NCBI RefSeq assembly: GCF_006345805.1
Contig: NC_043006.1
Span: 15,934,001-15,998,000 of the forward strand
Source: Octopus sinensis
Lineage: Eukaryota
Length of the DNA: 64,000 nt
Reading direction: 5' to 3'
Position 1 is the first letter of the stretch, and each line of letters opens with the position of its first letter. Made by a program: the position numbers and the translations under genes. Of the stretch, positions 35,946 through 49,973 are shown one piece after another. The notes beneath the pieces were generated by a model, which had not been told where the DNA came from, did not search any database, and was given only the letters and a program-made list of their open reading frames with translations.

Positions 35946-36369
35946 TATATATATATATATAGTGAGAATGAGATGGAGAGAGTGTGAGAAAGATAAATAA
36001 GTGAATCGTTGTTTATCACATATATATAATATCATAATATCCACTTAATGGAGTATATTCTATGTAACCAGATAGTAAATGAATACAAAACATGTTATTT
36101 TGTAATTTTCTAGCTATGAAACTAATACCATAGCTTTCAATGTACAGTAGCCTTATAGACATATGAAGCAAGCCCCTCGATATTTATTTGTAAAAGAAAG
36201 GTTAATAGCTTGTATACACACTGGCACAAATAGGCATACACAACCTCCGCCCCCACACAGATACATACAAACGCGCAACACTTGCACTCTGTAACTGGAT
36301 AGATAGACAGTGAGATAGAGATATAGACGAGTAGACAAATAAATAATTTAAAAGATAAATTCGTAGATG

Positions 36370-36830
<461 letters not shown>

Positions 36831-37275
36831 AGACGGAGAGATCGAGATAACCATAGACTGACATATAGATATGAATTTCAATCAATAAGAAAATACACAT
36901 TCGTACAGTTGAAAGTCCGTACACACAACGTAGACTACATTTTTACATACATACATACATACATATATGTACTTATGTTCATCTAGCGATATAACAATCC
37001 GTGTGAGTGAGTGGGTGTTTAGAAACTATTAACCTTTCCTTTACAAATAATAATAGAAGGGATGCACTCATCAGCGTGAGCAACTAAGCACAATGAAAAC
37101 TAAGATATTAGTTTCATAGCCGGAAAATTACAAAATAACAAGTCGCCTTCAATTCAAATACCATCCACTTACTTATTCTATGTACCGTTAAAATGGGGCT
37201 TATATATGTATGGCTGTGATAAAGAATTATTTAGACAGGTTGCTTATGGACGCCAATTTCCAAGACTCATTCTTC

Positions 37276-37277
<2 letters not shown>

Positions 37278-37325
<48 letters not shown>

Positions 37326-37497
37326 TATATATATATACATTTATGTATATTTATATTAAATATTATATAGTATATTATATATAATATATATATGTTGTAT
37401 ATATATATATATATATACATATATGTATATTTATAGATAAATATATTATATTATATATAATATATATATGTTCTATATATATATATATATATATCTG

Positions 37498-37529
<32 letters not shown>

Positions 37530-37556
37530 AATATATATATGTTCTTATATATATAT

Positions 37557-37587
<31 letters not shown>

Positions 37588-37813
37588 GTATATATATATA
37601 TATATGAATATATATGTATATATATGTATATATATATATCTTGTATATATATATATATAAATGTATATAGATATATATATGTATATATATCTGTATATAT
37701 ATATATGTATATATGTATATATATATGTATATATATATGTATAGATATATATATATATATATATATATGTGTATATAGAAGTATATATGTATATATATAT
37801 GTATATATATATG

Positions 37814-37847
<34 letters not shown>

Positions 37848-37861
37848 ATGTATATATATAG

Positions 37862-37893
<32 letters not shown>

Positions 37894-38000
37894 GTATAAT
37901 ATATATGTATATATATATATATGTATATATATATGTATATATATATTTTATATATATATGTATATATATAATATATACACATATATACATAATATATACA
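37278..38000. repeat. ~720-bp degenerate (TA)n microsatellite
   Basis: Direct inspection. Similar large blocks lie at 20450-21110, 22660-22960, 33720-33975, 54880-55360 and 58600-59035. Confidence 0.95.
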
Positions 38001-38017
38001 AGGGCCACTGCATGGTG

Positions 38018-38345
38018 CCAAAGATCCCAACATCACCATCAAAATACAGGACCAGATACTGCAACAGCTTGGGTTTCAGGAGACTACAGCTCTTCAATAT
38101 CCTAATTGCCTGAGAGACGTGAATGGTGTGGATGTGGGTTTCTTTAAAACTAAACTGGATCCCTTCTTGTCAGGGGTTCCAGATGAACCTACCTCTTGAC
38201 AGGAAACACTGATGCGGGCAGCAGCGTCTAACTCTCTTGTTGGCCAAGTGCCACGTATCAGAGGTGGTTACATATACTAGTGTAGCACATTCAACGGCGG
38301 GGCCCCAGCATGGTCGCAGCTTTCGGGCTGGAACATTCTTAAGGA
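38018..38345 (+). mobile_element. CR1/L2-group LINE 3' fragment with 3' UTR
   Basis: [60 protein letters not shown]...RAAASNSL. Confidence 0.75.
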
Positions 38346-38607
38346 TTTAAGGATAGATAACTTTCATTAACCGATCACTGCTTCTACCTTACAACGGAGG
38401 AGAAAAATACGGCACACGTGATCCCTATGAGAGAAAAAAAAAAACCATGTGAAATTTCAGAACGTGAAAATTTGATGTCTTGCAAACAACTTGCACATGC
38501 AAGTGCTACCAGTCAAAAGCTCCATATATCGGAAGCCAGCAAGTGTATGGGGTCATCAGGAGAGAACGCGCGCCGTTTCGGGGCCTACCTCTCGACGGCA
38601 TCAATGC

Positions 38608-39020
38608 GCACCACGGCCTCCAGACGACTTCGAAATCTCCTGCAACACTTCTGGACGGTCTCCTTGTTTAAGTTCGTGAATGTTACCATAATCCTTGCCT
38701 TCAGGTTATCTTTGGTGTTACAAGGCGTTTTTTTATCTCTCATTCAACTACGCCCCACACATAATGATCAAGGGGGTTGTAGTCTGGGAGTTTGGTGGCC
38801 AGATGTTAGGGGTGATGTGGTCGCAGAAATTATCTGGCAGCCATGACTGGGTTCTCCTGGGTTCCAGCAGCCACCCTCTTAACCCGGCCACTTGATGTAG
38901 GCCTCCGTGTTGAGTGTGAGGCTGTGTGTGGATCTGAATGGAGGCATAACGTCGCCAACACTAGTGATCACTCCAAACACCATGATGTTGTCTGGATGTT
39001 TGACTTTTATAACTTTTATA
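38608..39020 (-). mobile_element. Tc1/mariner (maT/DD37D-like) transposase fragment
   Basis: KHPDNIMVFGVITSVGDVMPP, TQSWLPDNFCDHITPNIWPPNS and CCRRFRSRLEAVV; highly similar to part of 52183-53001. Confidence 0.75.
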
Positions 39021-39179
39021 ACTCACTGATATGAGGCCCCGCTTGCTAGATCAGCTGGTTATCAAGTTAAGCTCAATATCCTTCTAGCCATCGCTCATCG
39101 TCTCTTTTTAACCAAATCCAGTGGCTAGTAGTTAATTTTATTTCAATTGACATCTAATTGTTCAAAGAAGACTTCAAAA

Positions 39180-40140
39180 TTAATCAGTACCTTCTTCCCT
39201 TGAAAATGGAACTGTAGAAAAAATGTTTAACCCCCAACAACCTTCATGCTGACATGAGATTAAGGGATGACGCTCCAGCTTTATCAGCCGTGCAAAATTG
39301 AGTAGCTGAATTTAGGAAGGGGACAAAGTGTTTTGAAGACGATTCTAATTCTGGATGTCCTGCAGTTGCCACCACTGAGGAACATTGGTCGTGTTCACCA
39401 CATTCTCACCGATAACAGGCGATTTTCTATATAGCAAATAACCAATTCTATTAGCTTATCCCGCGAGAGAGTTAAGAATATTTTCTTCAATGATTTTGGT
39501 GTGTACAGTTTCTTCTCCACGGGTGCCACGTCTTCTAATACTTGATCCAAGGCGCACCAGACTGATCACAGCGCGGGAAAATGTGACACTATTTGAAGCA
39601 GATCCAACTGGTTTCCTCGAACGTTTCTAAAACCCGAATTAGTGCTGGCTTTAACACCTTGATCCGGAGAAAAAAAGACAATCTATGTAGTGGGAACACC
39701 CACAGCTCACCTCTTCCAAATAAGGTCATGGTCGTTTCGCCAGCAGGGAAGATATTAGCCTCAGATTTTAGGAAGCAAAAGGCATTGTGTTTATTGGCTA
39801 CCTTCAAAACGGCCACACCATCAATGGTGTACTATACCGACTTGCTGAAGTAGTTACGAAAAGCTATCAAGACCAAACTCCGAAGAAACCTGTTGAAAGG
39901 GGATCTTATTTCATCAGAATAAAGCTCCAGCACACAAGTCCTTGGTTTCAATGGCTACTGTGAATGGCTGTGGTTTTGAATTGGTTGCTCTCCCTCCCTA
40001 TATTCCTAATTTGGTCCCATTTAACTATCATCCATTCCTCAACGTGATAAAACACTGAGAAGCAGTATTGCAGTGGATGATGACGTCATATTGTTGACTT
40101 TTTAATGAACAGGGTGGAAACTTCTTTACTAATGGGATTT
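39180..40140 (+). mobile_element. Decayed mariner transposase
   Basis: LTPNNLHADM..DDAPALSAVQN.VAEFRKG, SAGKILAS.F, GHTINGVYY..LLK.LRKAIK and NKAPAHKS; heavily frameshifted. Confidence 0.75.
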
Positions 40141-40150
40141 AATTACTGCG

Positions 40151-40385
40151 AAGGCGGCGAACTGTCAGAAACGTTAGCACGCCGGCGAAATGCGTAGCCG
40201 TATTTCGTCTGCCGTTACGTTCAGAGTTCAAATTCCGCCGAGGTCGACTTTGCCTTTCATCCTTTCGGGGTCGATTAAATAAGTACCAGTTACGCACTGG
40301 GGTCGATATAATCGATTTAATCCGTTTGTCCATCCTTGTTTGTCCCCTCTGTGTTTAGCCCCTTGTGGGTAGTAAAGAAATAGGT
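40151..40385 (+). mobile_element. SINE family C with TSD
   Basis: Flanked by ATTTAATTACTGC (40137-40149 and 40386-40398). Confidence 0.9.
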
Positions 40386-40767
40386 ATTTAATTACTGCAT
40401 GTGTGTTTGTGTGTGTGTGTGCGCGCGCGTTTGTGTATGTCCGGGTGTGTGTGTGTATGTCTCTGTCTGTGACTGTATGCATGTGTGTGCCTCTGTGTGT
40501 GTGGGTGTGTGTGTATTGGCGACTTGGCAGTGCTTTCAGTGACATAATATAGAATGTTGCGACGTATTTCGTTTCAGCTCTCCTTCCTCTGAGTTCAAAC
40601 CCCGCCCATAGCAACTTTGCTTTCTATTCTTCCAGGTTCAATAAATATATTACCAGTGATGAGATCGGGGATTTTGCTCCTTTTCAACTTGGAAGAAATC
40701 AGTCACGGAAAAATCCTTGCACATATAAACGTGCACAAGAAACGTCGTGTATCTCGACTACATCGAC

Positions 40768-41146
40768 TACTCCGTCGGTTACGACGACGAGGGTTCCGGT
40801 TGATCCGATCAACAGAACAGCCTGCTCGTGAAATTAACGTGTAAGTGGTTGAGCACTCCACAGACACGTGTACCCTTAACGTAGTTCTCGGGGATATTCA
40901 GCGTGACACAAGAGAGTGACAAGGCCGGCCCTTTGAAATACAGGTACAACAGAAACAGGAAGTAAGAGTGAGAGAAAGTTGTGGTGAAAGAGTACAGCAG
41001 GGATCACCACCATCCCTGCCGGAGCCTTGGGGAGCTTTTAGGTGTTTTCGCTCAATAAACACTCACAACGCCCGGTCTGGGAATCGAAACCGCAATCCTA
41101 CGACCGCGAGTCCGCTGCCCTAACCACTGGGCCATTGCGCTTCCAC
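40768..41146 (-). mobile_element. SINE family A, full-length
   Basis: Matches the 6351-6733 copy. Confidence 0.9.
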
Positions 41147-41864
41147 TTTTCACGTTATAACGCTCTTACGAGAAATCCAATTGTACGCATGCATCAAGCC
41201 AAACTGATTTGCTCTTGAAATGAAGTGGATACGAATCGCTTAGAAAGAGCTATCTTTTTACTTCAGCTTTCTTATATTTGTAATTTTTTCCTGCTGTTTG
41301 TATGAAATTTATCGGATAAATCAAAGGAATAGCACTTATTTATTTGTAACGTATTTCTTGTGAGAAAATATTTAAATATATACGTGAACACGTTCACACA
41401 CACACTTACACAGATACACACACACACTCATAAATACATACGCATGCATATGCTTCTATATCGGCATGAATATTCTTATTCATCCCTATAGAGGCATAAG
41501 CATGCAAAAATACATAAATAGTTAAGAGGGATCATGCATATTTACCAAATAGTTGAGTACATGAAAGTATATGGTAAGTTTATGAAGTGTTAATATTCCT
41601 AGATCTTATTAACAAGTTGTAATATGCTTAGGGACTTCCTATAAATGTAATATTCTTGTAACAAGTCCCTTCGCCTTCCTTTGCCTCAGAAAATAAGTTT
41701 CATTTATGATTAGACTTTACCCCTGCGACACGTTTTACAAGCTTATTGCCTCGCAGAAATGTTAAGTTATAATACGTTGTAATATGTTGTAATAGGCTGT
41801 AAAAGCTAAATATTTTTCATTATAATTCTGTGTGGCACACAAATTGATTTCGTAATGTTAAACA

Positions 41865-42093
41865 GCGAGCTGGCAGAAACGTTAGCACGCCGGGCGAAAT
41901 GCTTAGCGGTATTTCGTCTGCCGTTACGTTGTGAGTTCAAATTCCGCCGAGGTCGACTTGGCCTTTCATCCTTTCGGGGTCGATAAATTAAGTACCAGTT
42001 ACGCACTGGGGGTCGATGTAATCGACTTAATACCTATGTCTGTCCTTGTTTGTCCCCTCTATGTTTAGCCCCTTGTGGGTAATAAAGAAATAT
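41865..42093 (+). mobile_element. SINE family C with 13-bp TSD
   Basis: TSD GTAATGTTAAACA at 41852-41864 and 42094-42106. Confidence 0.9.
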
Positions 42094-42322
42094 GTAATGT
42101 TAAACATTTCTCATATCTATGTCACTGGAAGTCATATAGCGTCCTCGTAACTACCACCAGCAAAATACGTTGAATGATGTTGTGGCATTACAGCTCTCCG
42201 AAAATACTGATTGTGTGTGTACGTACGTACATACATACATACATGCATACATACATACATGCATACATGCATGCATGCATGCAGGCAGGCAGGCAGGCAG
42301 ACAGACAGACAGACAGACAGAC

Positions 42323-42363
<41 letters not shown>

Positions 42364-42743
42364 TAGATAGATAGATAGATAGATAGATAATTATGATGAT
42401 GTTTCGTCGGTTTCGACGTATGAGCAACCAGTTTTCCTTTCAACTGAGCCACTTGCTCATTTAATATGTGTACGAAGGGGCTGAGTATTCTATCGCTATA
42501 TACGTATCCACTTATGGCTGAGCCACTGATAGAATCAGCTTAACACGGGGCGACAAGCTGGACATACCCATCACACACACACACACACACACACTCAAAC
42601 ACACGCACAATTCATATAGAGAGACAAGGGAGGGAGGGAGAGAGAGTGATGTGAGTTAAGCTTACGTGTATTTTTTCAGTAAATACGCTTATTAACATCG
42701 CCGTTAAAAATAATGTGATTAAAACAACGGATCTTCTTCCCCA

Positions 42744-42795
<52 letters not shown>

Positions 42796-43352
42796 GAGAA
42801 ACATTGAGTAGTTTCTGTCTTTTTATTCTTTCGTCAGAGATCGGTTATTCTTTTCCCTGAATAGACAGAGATAAATAGCTTATCGCTATTTATAGTAAAC
42901 ACAAACTCGAACTGGACTGAAAGATTACTAATTTCCGAAACATAGTATGCGTTAACATCGTAAATAATTAAATAAATATGGTGTCACACGGGGCTACGAT
43001 AAAAAGCCATGTAATGCAAGAGAGATGCAATATGAAAGTGCGTAGTCTAGCTGTTAAGTTTTTCGATTAACCAAGCGGCGTTTCTGCCTTTGGCCAAGTC
43101 ATCTCATTTCTGATTGCTTCAGTTGTATTCAGCTATGTAGTAAATTTACCCGCAGAGAAGTGCAGCAGCTCTGATTCCCTTAATCCATCTGCTACTTGAG
43201 AGAGACGACAGCTACCTAAAGAGAGAGTGACCTAAGAGAGTATATATGTCTGGCTGCGACTACATCATCACCTAAAATAATTACTAAAGCAAACTCACTC
43301 ACGAATGGCAACTGGCTGTACGAGGCAAACAATGAGAAATTGTGCGTTATAT

Positions 43353-43687
43353 CGGAGACCCCCCCCCTTCGGTCACGACACAGACCATGGGGTTGCACCT
43401 AGAAAGTTACCCTCCTAGACACAAGTCCGGGCGAGGTTGTTTATGGAAGACCAGCAGTCGCCCATGCATACCAGCCTCCCCTCTCCACGCCACCAGTGTT
43501 ATCCAAGGGAAAGGCAAAGGGGCCGATACAGCTTGGCACCAGTGACGTCGCAACACATTTCTACAGCTGAGTGAACTGGAGCAACGTGAAATAAAGTGCC
43601 TTGCTCAAGAACACAACACGCAGCCCGGTCCGGGATTCGAGCTCACGACCTCACGATCGTAAGCTCGACGCTCTAACCACTGAGTCA
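43353..43687 (-). mobile_element. tRNA/CORE-type SINE: head B + tail Z
   Basis: Minus strand gactcagtggttagagcg..gagctcgaatccc..gtgttcttgagcaaggcactttatttcacgttgctccag; flanked by TGTGCGTTATAT (43341-43352 and 43688-43699). Confidence 0.85.
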
Positions 43688-43864
43688 TGTGCGTTATATA
43701 CACACATTTTTATATGAATGCGAAAACTGAACCCTACAGATTAGTTTTCCCGTTTTTATTTATTAAGTTGCAAAAACACCGATATCACTAGATTCAATGA
43801 TTTTAGTACTCCATCAAAGATAAGACTCATGCTCGTAAGCGTCACTTTACATTTCTATGTATTA

Positions 43865-44262
43865 CTAGCAGTATCGCCCGGCGTTGCTCGGATTTGTAAG
43901 GGAAATAACTATATAAGCATTTTTAGAGAGTTATAGCCAAAAATAGCAAAAAAAATGCATTAAAAATGGAAAAAAAATGATGGAAAATATTTTTTTTAAT
44001 CGTTGACTCATCGTAGACATTTTTAGAGAGTTACTTCCCTTATATAATAGCGAAAAAATGCATTAAAATGGAAAAAAATGATGGTAAATTTTTTTTTAAA
44101 TCGTAGACTCATCGTAGACGCGCGCTAATACCCAGAAGGGCTCGATATGAATTACGACTATAAGATACCCGCTTTTGGTTAAACTGCACCGCAAAATGTG
44201 GGAGTAGTTAGGATTCTAAATCGTAGGAGACAGACACACAACTTCACTTTTATATATAAAGA
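43865..44262 (-). mobile_element. Non-autonomous Helitron-like element with internal tandem duplication
   Basis: A|TCTTTATATATAAAAGTGAAGTTG...CCGAGCAACGCCGGGCGATACTGCTAG|T; the 3' part is shared with 31764-32149. Confidence 0.75.
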
Positions 44263-44600
44263 TAACCATGCAAAATGAAACTCAACAGACCAGTTCCTTT
44301 TATGGTCACAAACAAAAAAATTATGTTATTTAAACCATATTTTAACAATAATGTGTATTTACTAATAATACATCCTCGAAAATTTACCAATTCTATTTTA
44401 CCCCATTTTTTTTTTTTCTGTTAATTTATGATTCACTCCTTCAACGATTGTAGTCATATTTGAATTATTAGAAAGCATTTTAATCCTTAACATTTGTGTA
44501 TACTATAGTAATATAATAAGAGTAAACAATATCTTTAATGGTTTTTAAAAAACAACTACATTTATTTACGGGCAGATTTCGGCATGTAAATATAACCATA

Positions 44601-44835
44601 AACGGTAGGAACTTTTATAAAAGTTCAATATATATTTTTGTATATAAATAAAATAGGCAGGCATATGTGAATTACAGGGATATGTCGTATGTGGAGTCTC
44701 ATTTGTAGAAAATAGAAATAGTCTTTGACTACTATTTCTAATTTTTCGGTATGTGGCTAAGCAACCTGTTTCCTACCTATTTTATTTATGTACAAAAATA
44801 TATATTGAACTTTTATAAAAGTTCCTACCGTTTGT
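44601..44835. repeat. Inverted repeat (~65-bp arms), family-F-like interior
   Basis: aaacggtaggaactttttataaaagttcaatatatatttttgta / tacaaaaatatatattgaactttttataaaagttcctaccgttt; the interior ctatttctaatttttcggtatgtgg resembles family F. Confidence 0.75.
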
Positions 44836-45132
44836 GTATACTATAAGTAGCTATAAATACCAATATATTTGTCTACTATAAAAAAAACAGTGAACTATAA
44901 CCTGTATATTACAAATGACTGTACGGTATGAATTTTGTGTTTGCGCATAATATAAATAGCTATAATTCTCTACAAAATTTCACTCAAAATGTATTAGTAT
45001 CTTCTGTTAGGAGGAGGCACTCGATCACTGTGCCATTTCGTGGATTCGAACCTGTATCCAGGTAGTTGTGAGGCGAAATCTTAAGCCAGATAATTAAGCC
45101 TACATCTATACTTGTTTATTTGTTCATTCATA

Positions 45133-45554
45133 TACTCTTTTACTCTCTCTCCCTTTTACCTGTTTCAGTCATTTGACTGCGACCATGCTGGAGCACCGCC
45201 TTTAGTCGAGCAAATCGACCCCGGGACTTATTCTTTTTTGTAAGCCCAGTACTTATTCTATCGGTCTCTTTTTGCCGAACCGCTAAGTGACGGGGACGTA
45301 AACACCCCAGCATCGGTTGTCAAGCGATCGTGGGGGGACAAACACAGACACACAAACGCATACACACATATATATATATACTTATATACGACAGGCTTCT
45401 TGCAGTTTCCGTCTACCAAATCCACTCACAAGGCATTGGTCGGTCCGAGGCTATAGCAGAGGACACTTGCCCAAGATGCCACGCAGTGGGACTGAACCCG
45501 GAACCATGTGGCTGGTTAGCAAGCTACTTACCACACAGCCACTCCTGCGCCTAT
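45133..45554 (-). mobile_element. SINE family D, full-length
   Basis: Complete head to tail. Confidence 0.9.
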
Positions 45555-45837
45555 ATATTTGTATTAGTTAAAAAAACCAAAAAAAAACTAATAGAACTGC
45601 CTATAGAGTGAGGTCTAGAGTGTATGAATTGCATTTTTGCATAAATATGTAGATGCCAATATGGCGATAATATTTTCTAAAATAATTTTGCTCTGAAACA
45701 TCTGCCTTCTCTAATATAGTTTTACTATGTATTAATGTCTGGGAAACTTTTGCTTTCTTATATTTTCTTCTTTTATTTATATGACGTGATTTACTATCTT
45801 GATAACGATATAGAGAACATTACAAAATGATTTATAT

Positions 45838-46224
45838 GATGGAAGCACTCCGTCGGTTACGACGACGAGGGTTCCGGTTGATCCGAATCAACGGAACAGC
45901 CTGCTCGTGAAATTAACGTGTAAGTGGCTGAGCACTCCACAGACACGTGCACCCTTAACGTAGTTCTCGGGGATATTCAGCATGACACAGAGTGTGACAA
46001 GGCCGGCCCTTTGAAATACAGGTACAAGAGAAACAGAAAGTAAGAGTGAGAGAAAATTGTGGTGAAAGAGTACAGCAGGGATCACCACCATCCCCTGCCG
46101 GAGCCTTGTAGAGCTTTAGGTGTTTTCGCTCAATAAACACTCACAACGCCCGGTCTGGGAATCGAAACCGCGATCCTACGACCGCGAGTCCGCTGCCCTA
46201 ACCACTGGGCCATTGCGCCTCCAC
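45838..46224 (-). mobile_element. SINE family A flanked by a 121-bp direct repeat
   Basis: Repeat at 45716-45836 and 46225-46345, with 3 mismatches by eye. Confidence 0.9.
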
Positions 46225-47242
46225 ATAGTTTTACTATGTATTAATGTCTGGGAAACTTTTGCTTTCTCATATTTTCTTCTTTTGTTTATATGACGTGATT
46301 TACTATCTTGATAACGATATAGAGAACATTACAAAATGGTTTATAGTGGAAGGTGGAATAAACGTTTTAGATTTAATTTGGTTTTAATTGGTTTAAATTT
46401 AAGTTTTCCCCTGAGTGGTAAGCTGTGCAGTTAAGATAACCGACATTTTAATTAAACAATAAAATACATGAATTAAGTAGATGAATAAATAATTTGATAC
46501 AGCAATTAATTAAGAATTAAGAAAATAAATGCAGCCTTGATCTTTTTCAAAAATTCAAGCACCAATTTTACTTTGCAAACTTTCATTAAATGTGCTACTG
46601 CCTTTATTTAACCCTAGGTTAACCTTGAACAGGAAGCGTATGATTCAAGGATTTCAGCCATGAACCTCTTGCCTTTTTACCGTAAACAGTATACACAGAG
46701 CTACATTGTTCAATAGTCCCTCTTAATCCCCCTGCGAGGGGAAGCTGAACAGTTCCTGGCTTTAAGGATATCACGAAAGGTCTGGTTGGAGGCCCAAACA
46801 GGGCTTGGAAAAACTGAAGGACCGCTACAATAAGTGTGTGAATCTGAGAGGGGAATAAAATTAGAATAACTGATCTTCCTGTATTTTCTTTTGCCCAAAG
46901 ATAAGACGTTTTCAGCACCACTTCGTTATATGGTTCCAAAAAGCTTATGTCTTCTATTTCCTGCATATCAACTTACTGTGAATATTTATTCGGCTTATGA
47001 TTAAAAAAAAAAAAAAGAGAATTATTGCAACTGTCGATTATCTCTAAAATCAGTTCCGCCTGAATAAAGTTATGATCAACGGCATTTAGGCGGTAACATT
47101 CCACCGTCATTTTACCATGCTAAGTGTAGCCTCGTGTAAATTATCCAAAATGTTTTTTATTACATGATATACTGCAGATAAAGCGATCTTTGCTTAACAT
47201 TTTTAGTGATTTGAGTGATAATGTAGATGCACTCTCGTTGCC

Positions 47243-47277
<35 letters not shown>

Positions 47278-47282
<5 letters not shown>

Positions 47283-47563
47283 TTATAAATTAGGATATCT
47301 ACGAGTTACCACCATGCTAAAAATAGCAGCCATGATCTGACTCTAAAACCACCTTAATTGTCCATATATCAACACGGAGAGAAAACGAAGCGACAAGGAT
47401 GAAACTAGTAAAAAATTACTAGATAATTCTAGATCCCGGATTTCCAACCTTGCATTTAGTAATGCTTTGCCTCGTCAGTAGAATACACACAGAAGAGAAA
47501 CATAAATACATAAATATTTTCAGCATGGTGGTATCTCGTAGATACCCTAATTTACAATTTTAA
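47278..47563. mobile_element. Inverted-repeat-bounded element (family-F-like) enclosing a hammerhead fold
   Basis: taaaattataaattaggatatctacgagttaccaccatgctaaaaat / attttcagcatggtggtatctcgtagataccctaatttacaatttta; shares aaatagcagcca with the 19807 palindrome. Confidence 0.65.
47426..47484 (-). ncRNA. Candidate type I hammerhead ribozyme (AUC site)
   Basis: Minus strand: AUUCUA-CUGACGA-GGCAAAGCAUUACUAAAUGCAAGGUUG-GAAA-U-CCGGG-A-UC-UAGAAU. Perfect 6-bp stem I and intact core, but G-G at the base of stem II. Confidence 0.6.
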
Positions 47564-47659
47564 TAATTATTACCTTTGAAGGTTATATTTTCCATGTTGA
47601 CCACTTGATAAAATCGTTGTTTTATTTTTAAATTAACGATCTTATCCTTGTATATATAT

Positions 47660-47704
<45 letters not shown>

Positions 47705-48446
47705 AAGAAAAGAAGAGTAAAAATACCGCTTGATAAAAGTCAAAGTAGCAGCTTTAAAAAAACACAAATCTAGCGATAAATATACACACCAGAAATGCAA
47801 TGAACATTTCAAAAATAGGCCTACCTTCAGAATGGAATACGAAAATAGATAATACATGTCCCATTATCAATTGATTTCATGCTCTGCGTGAAAAACATGC
47901 TCTGCGATCATCAGTTGGAAATAGTATTTAACATCTATTTCTAAAATATTCACTACATCAACTCGTGTGCGTTTCTAACTTTAAACGTTCCGCTCCGTTT
48001 AAAAAGAAACTATCGTAAACAATAAAAATCCAAATATGTGGAGTATTATTACTGTTATAAACAGTAATATTACGGTGGCTAGAACTACTTCTGCCGATAC
48101 AATTATTTCTAGCATGTGGATAACCCTGCTTGAAGGCCAAGGCCGTAGAATTGGGAGATGGGTAGCCGGTTTGAAGGCCATGGTTGTAGAATCGCAAGGT
48201 GAGGGGTGAGTTGGGTAATTTTTTTAAGAATCATAATCTCCGTATTTTTATAAGTATTTCAGACAAAAAACAAATTCCAGAAAAAGTGAAAAATGAAGAA
48301 ATGGGGCGGGGATTGAATTTTTGGAGTAGCGATTTTTGAAAACTTTCTTCTGAATCGGAATCTCCATAGCCGAAAACGTGAGATTCCGTAAAACAAATTT
48401 TCTAAAGGGGGAAGGGGTCCGTTTACGTCTCCGCCATGCGCGCCTA

Positions 48447-48480
<34 letters not shown>

Positions 48481-48484
48481 CATA

Positions 48485-48532
<48 letters not shown>

Positions 48533-49100
48533 TTTTTTTACTGTGTACAAATAACAGGGGAAAAAATAGTTACCTGGGTAGCAAAAATTCACATAAGTGC
48601 CAAGGATATTACAACCTACTTATAAAGGTAGAAATTCAAGAGTTAAGTGAAATGTTTTTGTATAACATAGATAAATTAAGAAATGGAGGCAAACACAGCC
48701 ATGAAAATATACACTCTACAAAATTATGACTTGAGTTGTCATTTGAACTATGAGCTTCTAAATTTATACCGGGATATTCTATGTATGCGTGTGAGAGTGG
48801 GTTGGATATGTGTGTGTGTGTGTCTGATCACCCGTAGATTTAATAATTGGCGTCGAATGAAAAATACAAACTCACCGCTACAGCGTAAGTGATAATATTA
48901 GATGAAAAAAAGAATATCTTCGAATTCCTTTTATTAATTCATTTTTTCTTTTACCTTTTGGTTTTGTTTCTGTACAACAAATTACATACATTTATGGTTT
49001 GCACTAAGAGAGGGTTAGCGTAGCTTCCACAGTTAATATCTAAATCTAACAGCTTTTAGTCATATACAATATATTCAGTCATGTAGAATTTTCAAAAACT

Positions 49101-49458
49101 AGGCGCGGGTATGGCTGTGTGATTAAGAACATGCTTGGCAACCATGTAATCTTGGGTTCAATCCCTTTGTGCGACATTGGTCATCCTCCCTTGACCAATG
49201 CCTTGTAAGCGAATTTAGGAGACAAAAGCTGGGTGGAAGCTTGTTGTGTGTATACGTGTGCCTTTGTTTCCGTCTCCTCACTGCTTTACGACCTTTATTA
49301 ATGTGTTTACGCCCCCGTAACTTAGCGGTTTGTCAAAAGCGACCAATAGAATAAATACTAGGTGGAAAGCGTAAGTATTAGGTTCGATTTTTCGACTAAA
49401 CCATTTAAAGCGGTGCTCCAGCATGGACACAATCCAGTGATTAACACAAGTAGAAGAA
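49101..49458 (+). mobile_element. Old SINE family D copy
   Basis: Diverged head aggcgcgggtatggctgtgtg and tail gcggtgctccagcatgg. Confidence 0.65.
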
Positions 49459-49551
49459 GGTCACATATGAATTAATTCTGAACACATACACGCGCACGCA
49501 CACACAAGCATACTATTTATATTATATTATATTTTATATATATATATATAC

Positions 49552-49800
49552 TAATTAATTAAGGGTTCAGCAACGATTTGCCTCACCACATACCGAATTT
49601 AGAAATAGCAGTCAAAAAGTTTTGGCTATTCTTTCTACTTTTTGACTGCTATTTCTAAATTCGGTATGTGGTGAGGCAAATCGTTGCTGAACCCTTAATT
49701 AATTAGTATTACTTAAACCTTCCTTGAATGAGTCTTTTACATACCGAACTCTACTTGGTGAAGTTAATGATTATTTCTAAATTAATTAATTGATTTCACC

Positions 49801-49803
<3 letters not shown>
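49552..49803. repeat. Long palindrome (49552-49710) plus partial third arm; family F
   Basis: tactaattaattaagggttcagcaacgatttgcctcaccacataccgaatttagaaatagcagtcaaaaag and its near-perfect reverse complement. Confidence 0.85.
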
Positions 49804-49850
<47 letters not shown>

Positions 49851-49894
49851 ATATAAATATAAATATATACACAATCATGCATACATACATACAT

Positions 49895-49973
<79 letters not shown>

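Noticed and set aside
38530-38605. Minus-strand GAAAC-GGCGCGC-GUU-CUCUC-CUGAUGA, resembling a permuted hammerhead
   Set aside because: Stem I cannot close (5 nt) and the stem II strands do not pair (C opposite C); at best a broken remnant.
42785-42842. CTGACGA motifs on both strands in a small inverted repeat
   Set aside because: No arrangement gives core, stem II, GAAA and stem I together.
46700-46860. Short mariner-like C-terminal remnant (GLEKLKDRYNKCVNLRG); similar hint at ~61120-61160
   Set aside because: Too short and diverged to annotate without an alignment.
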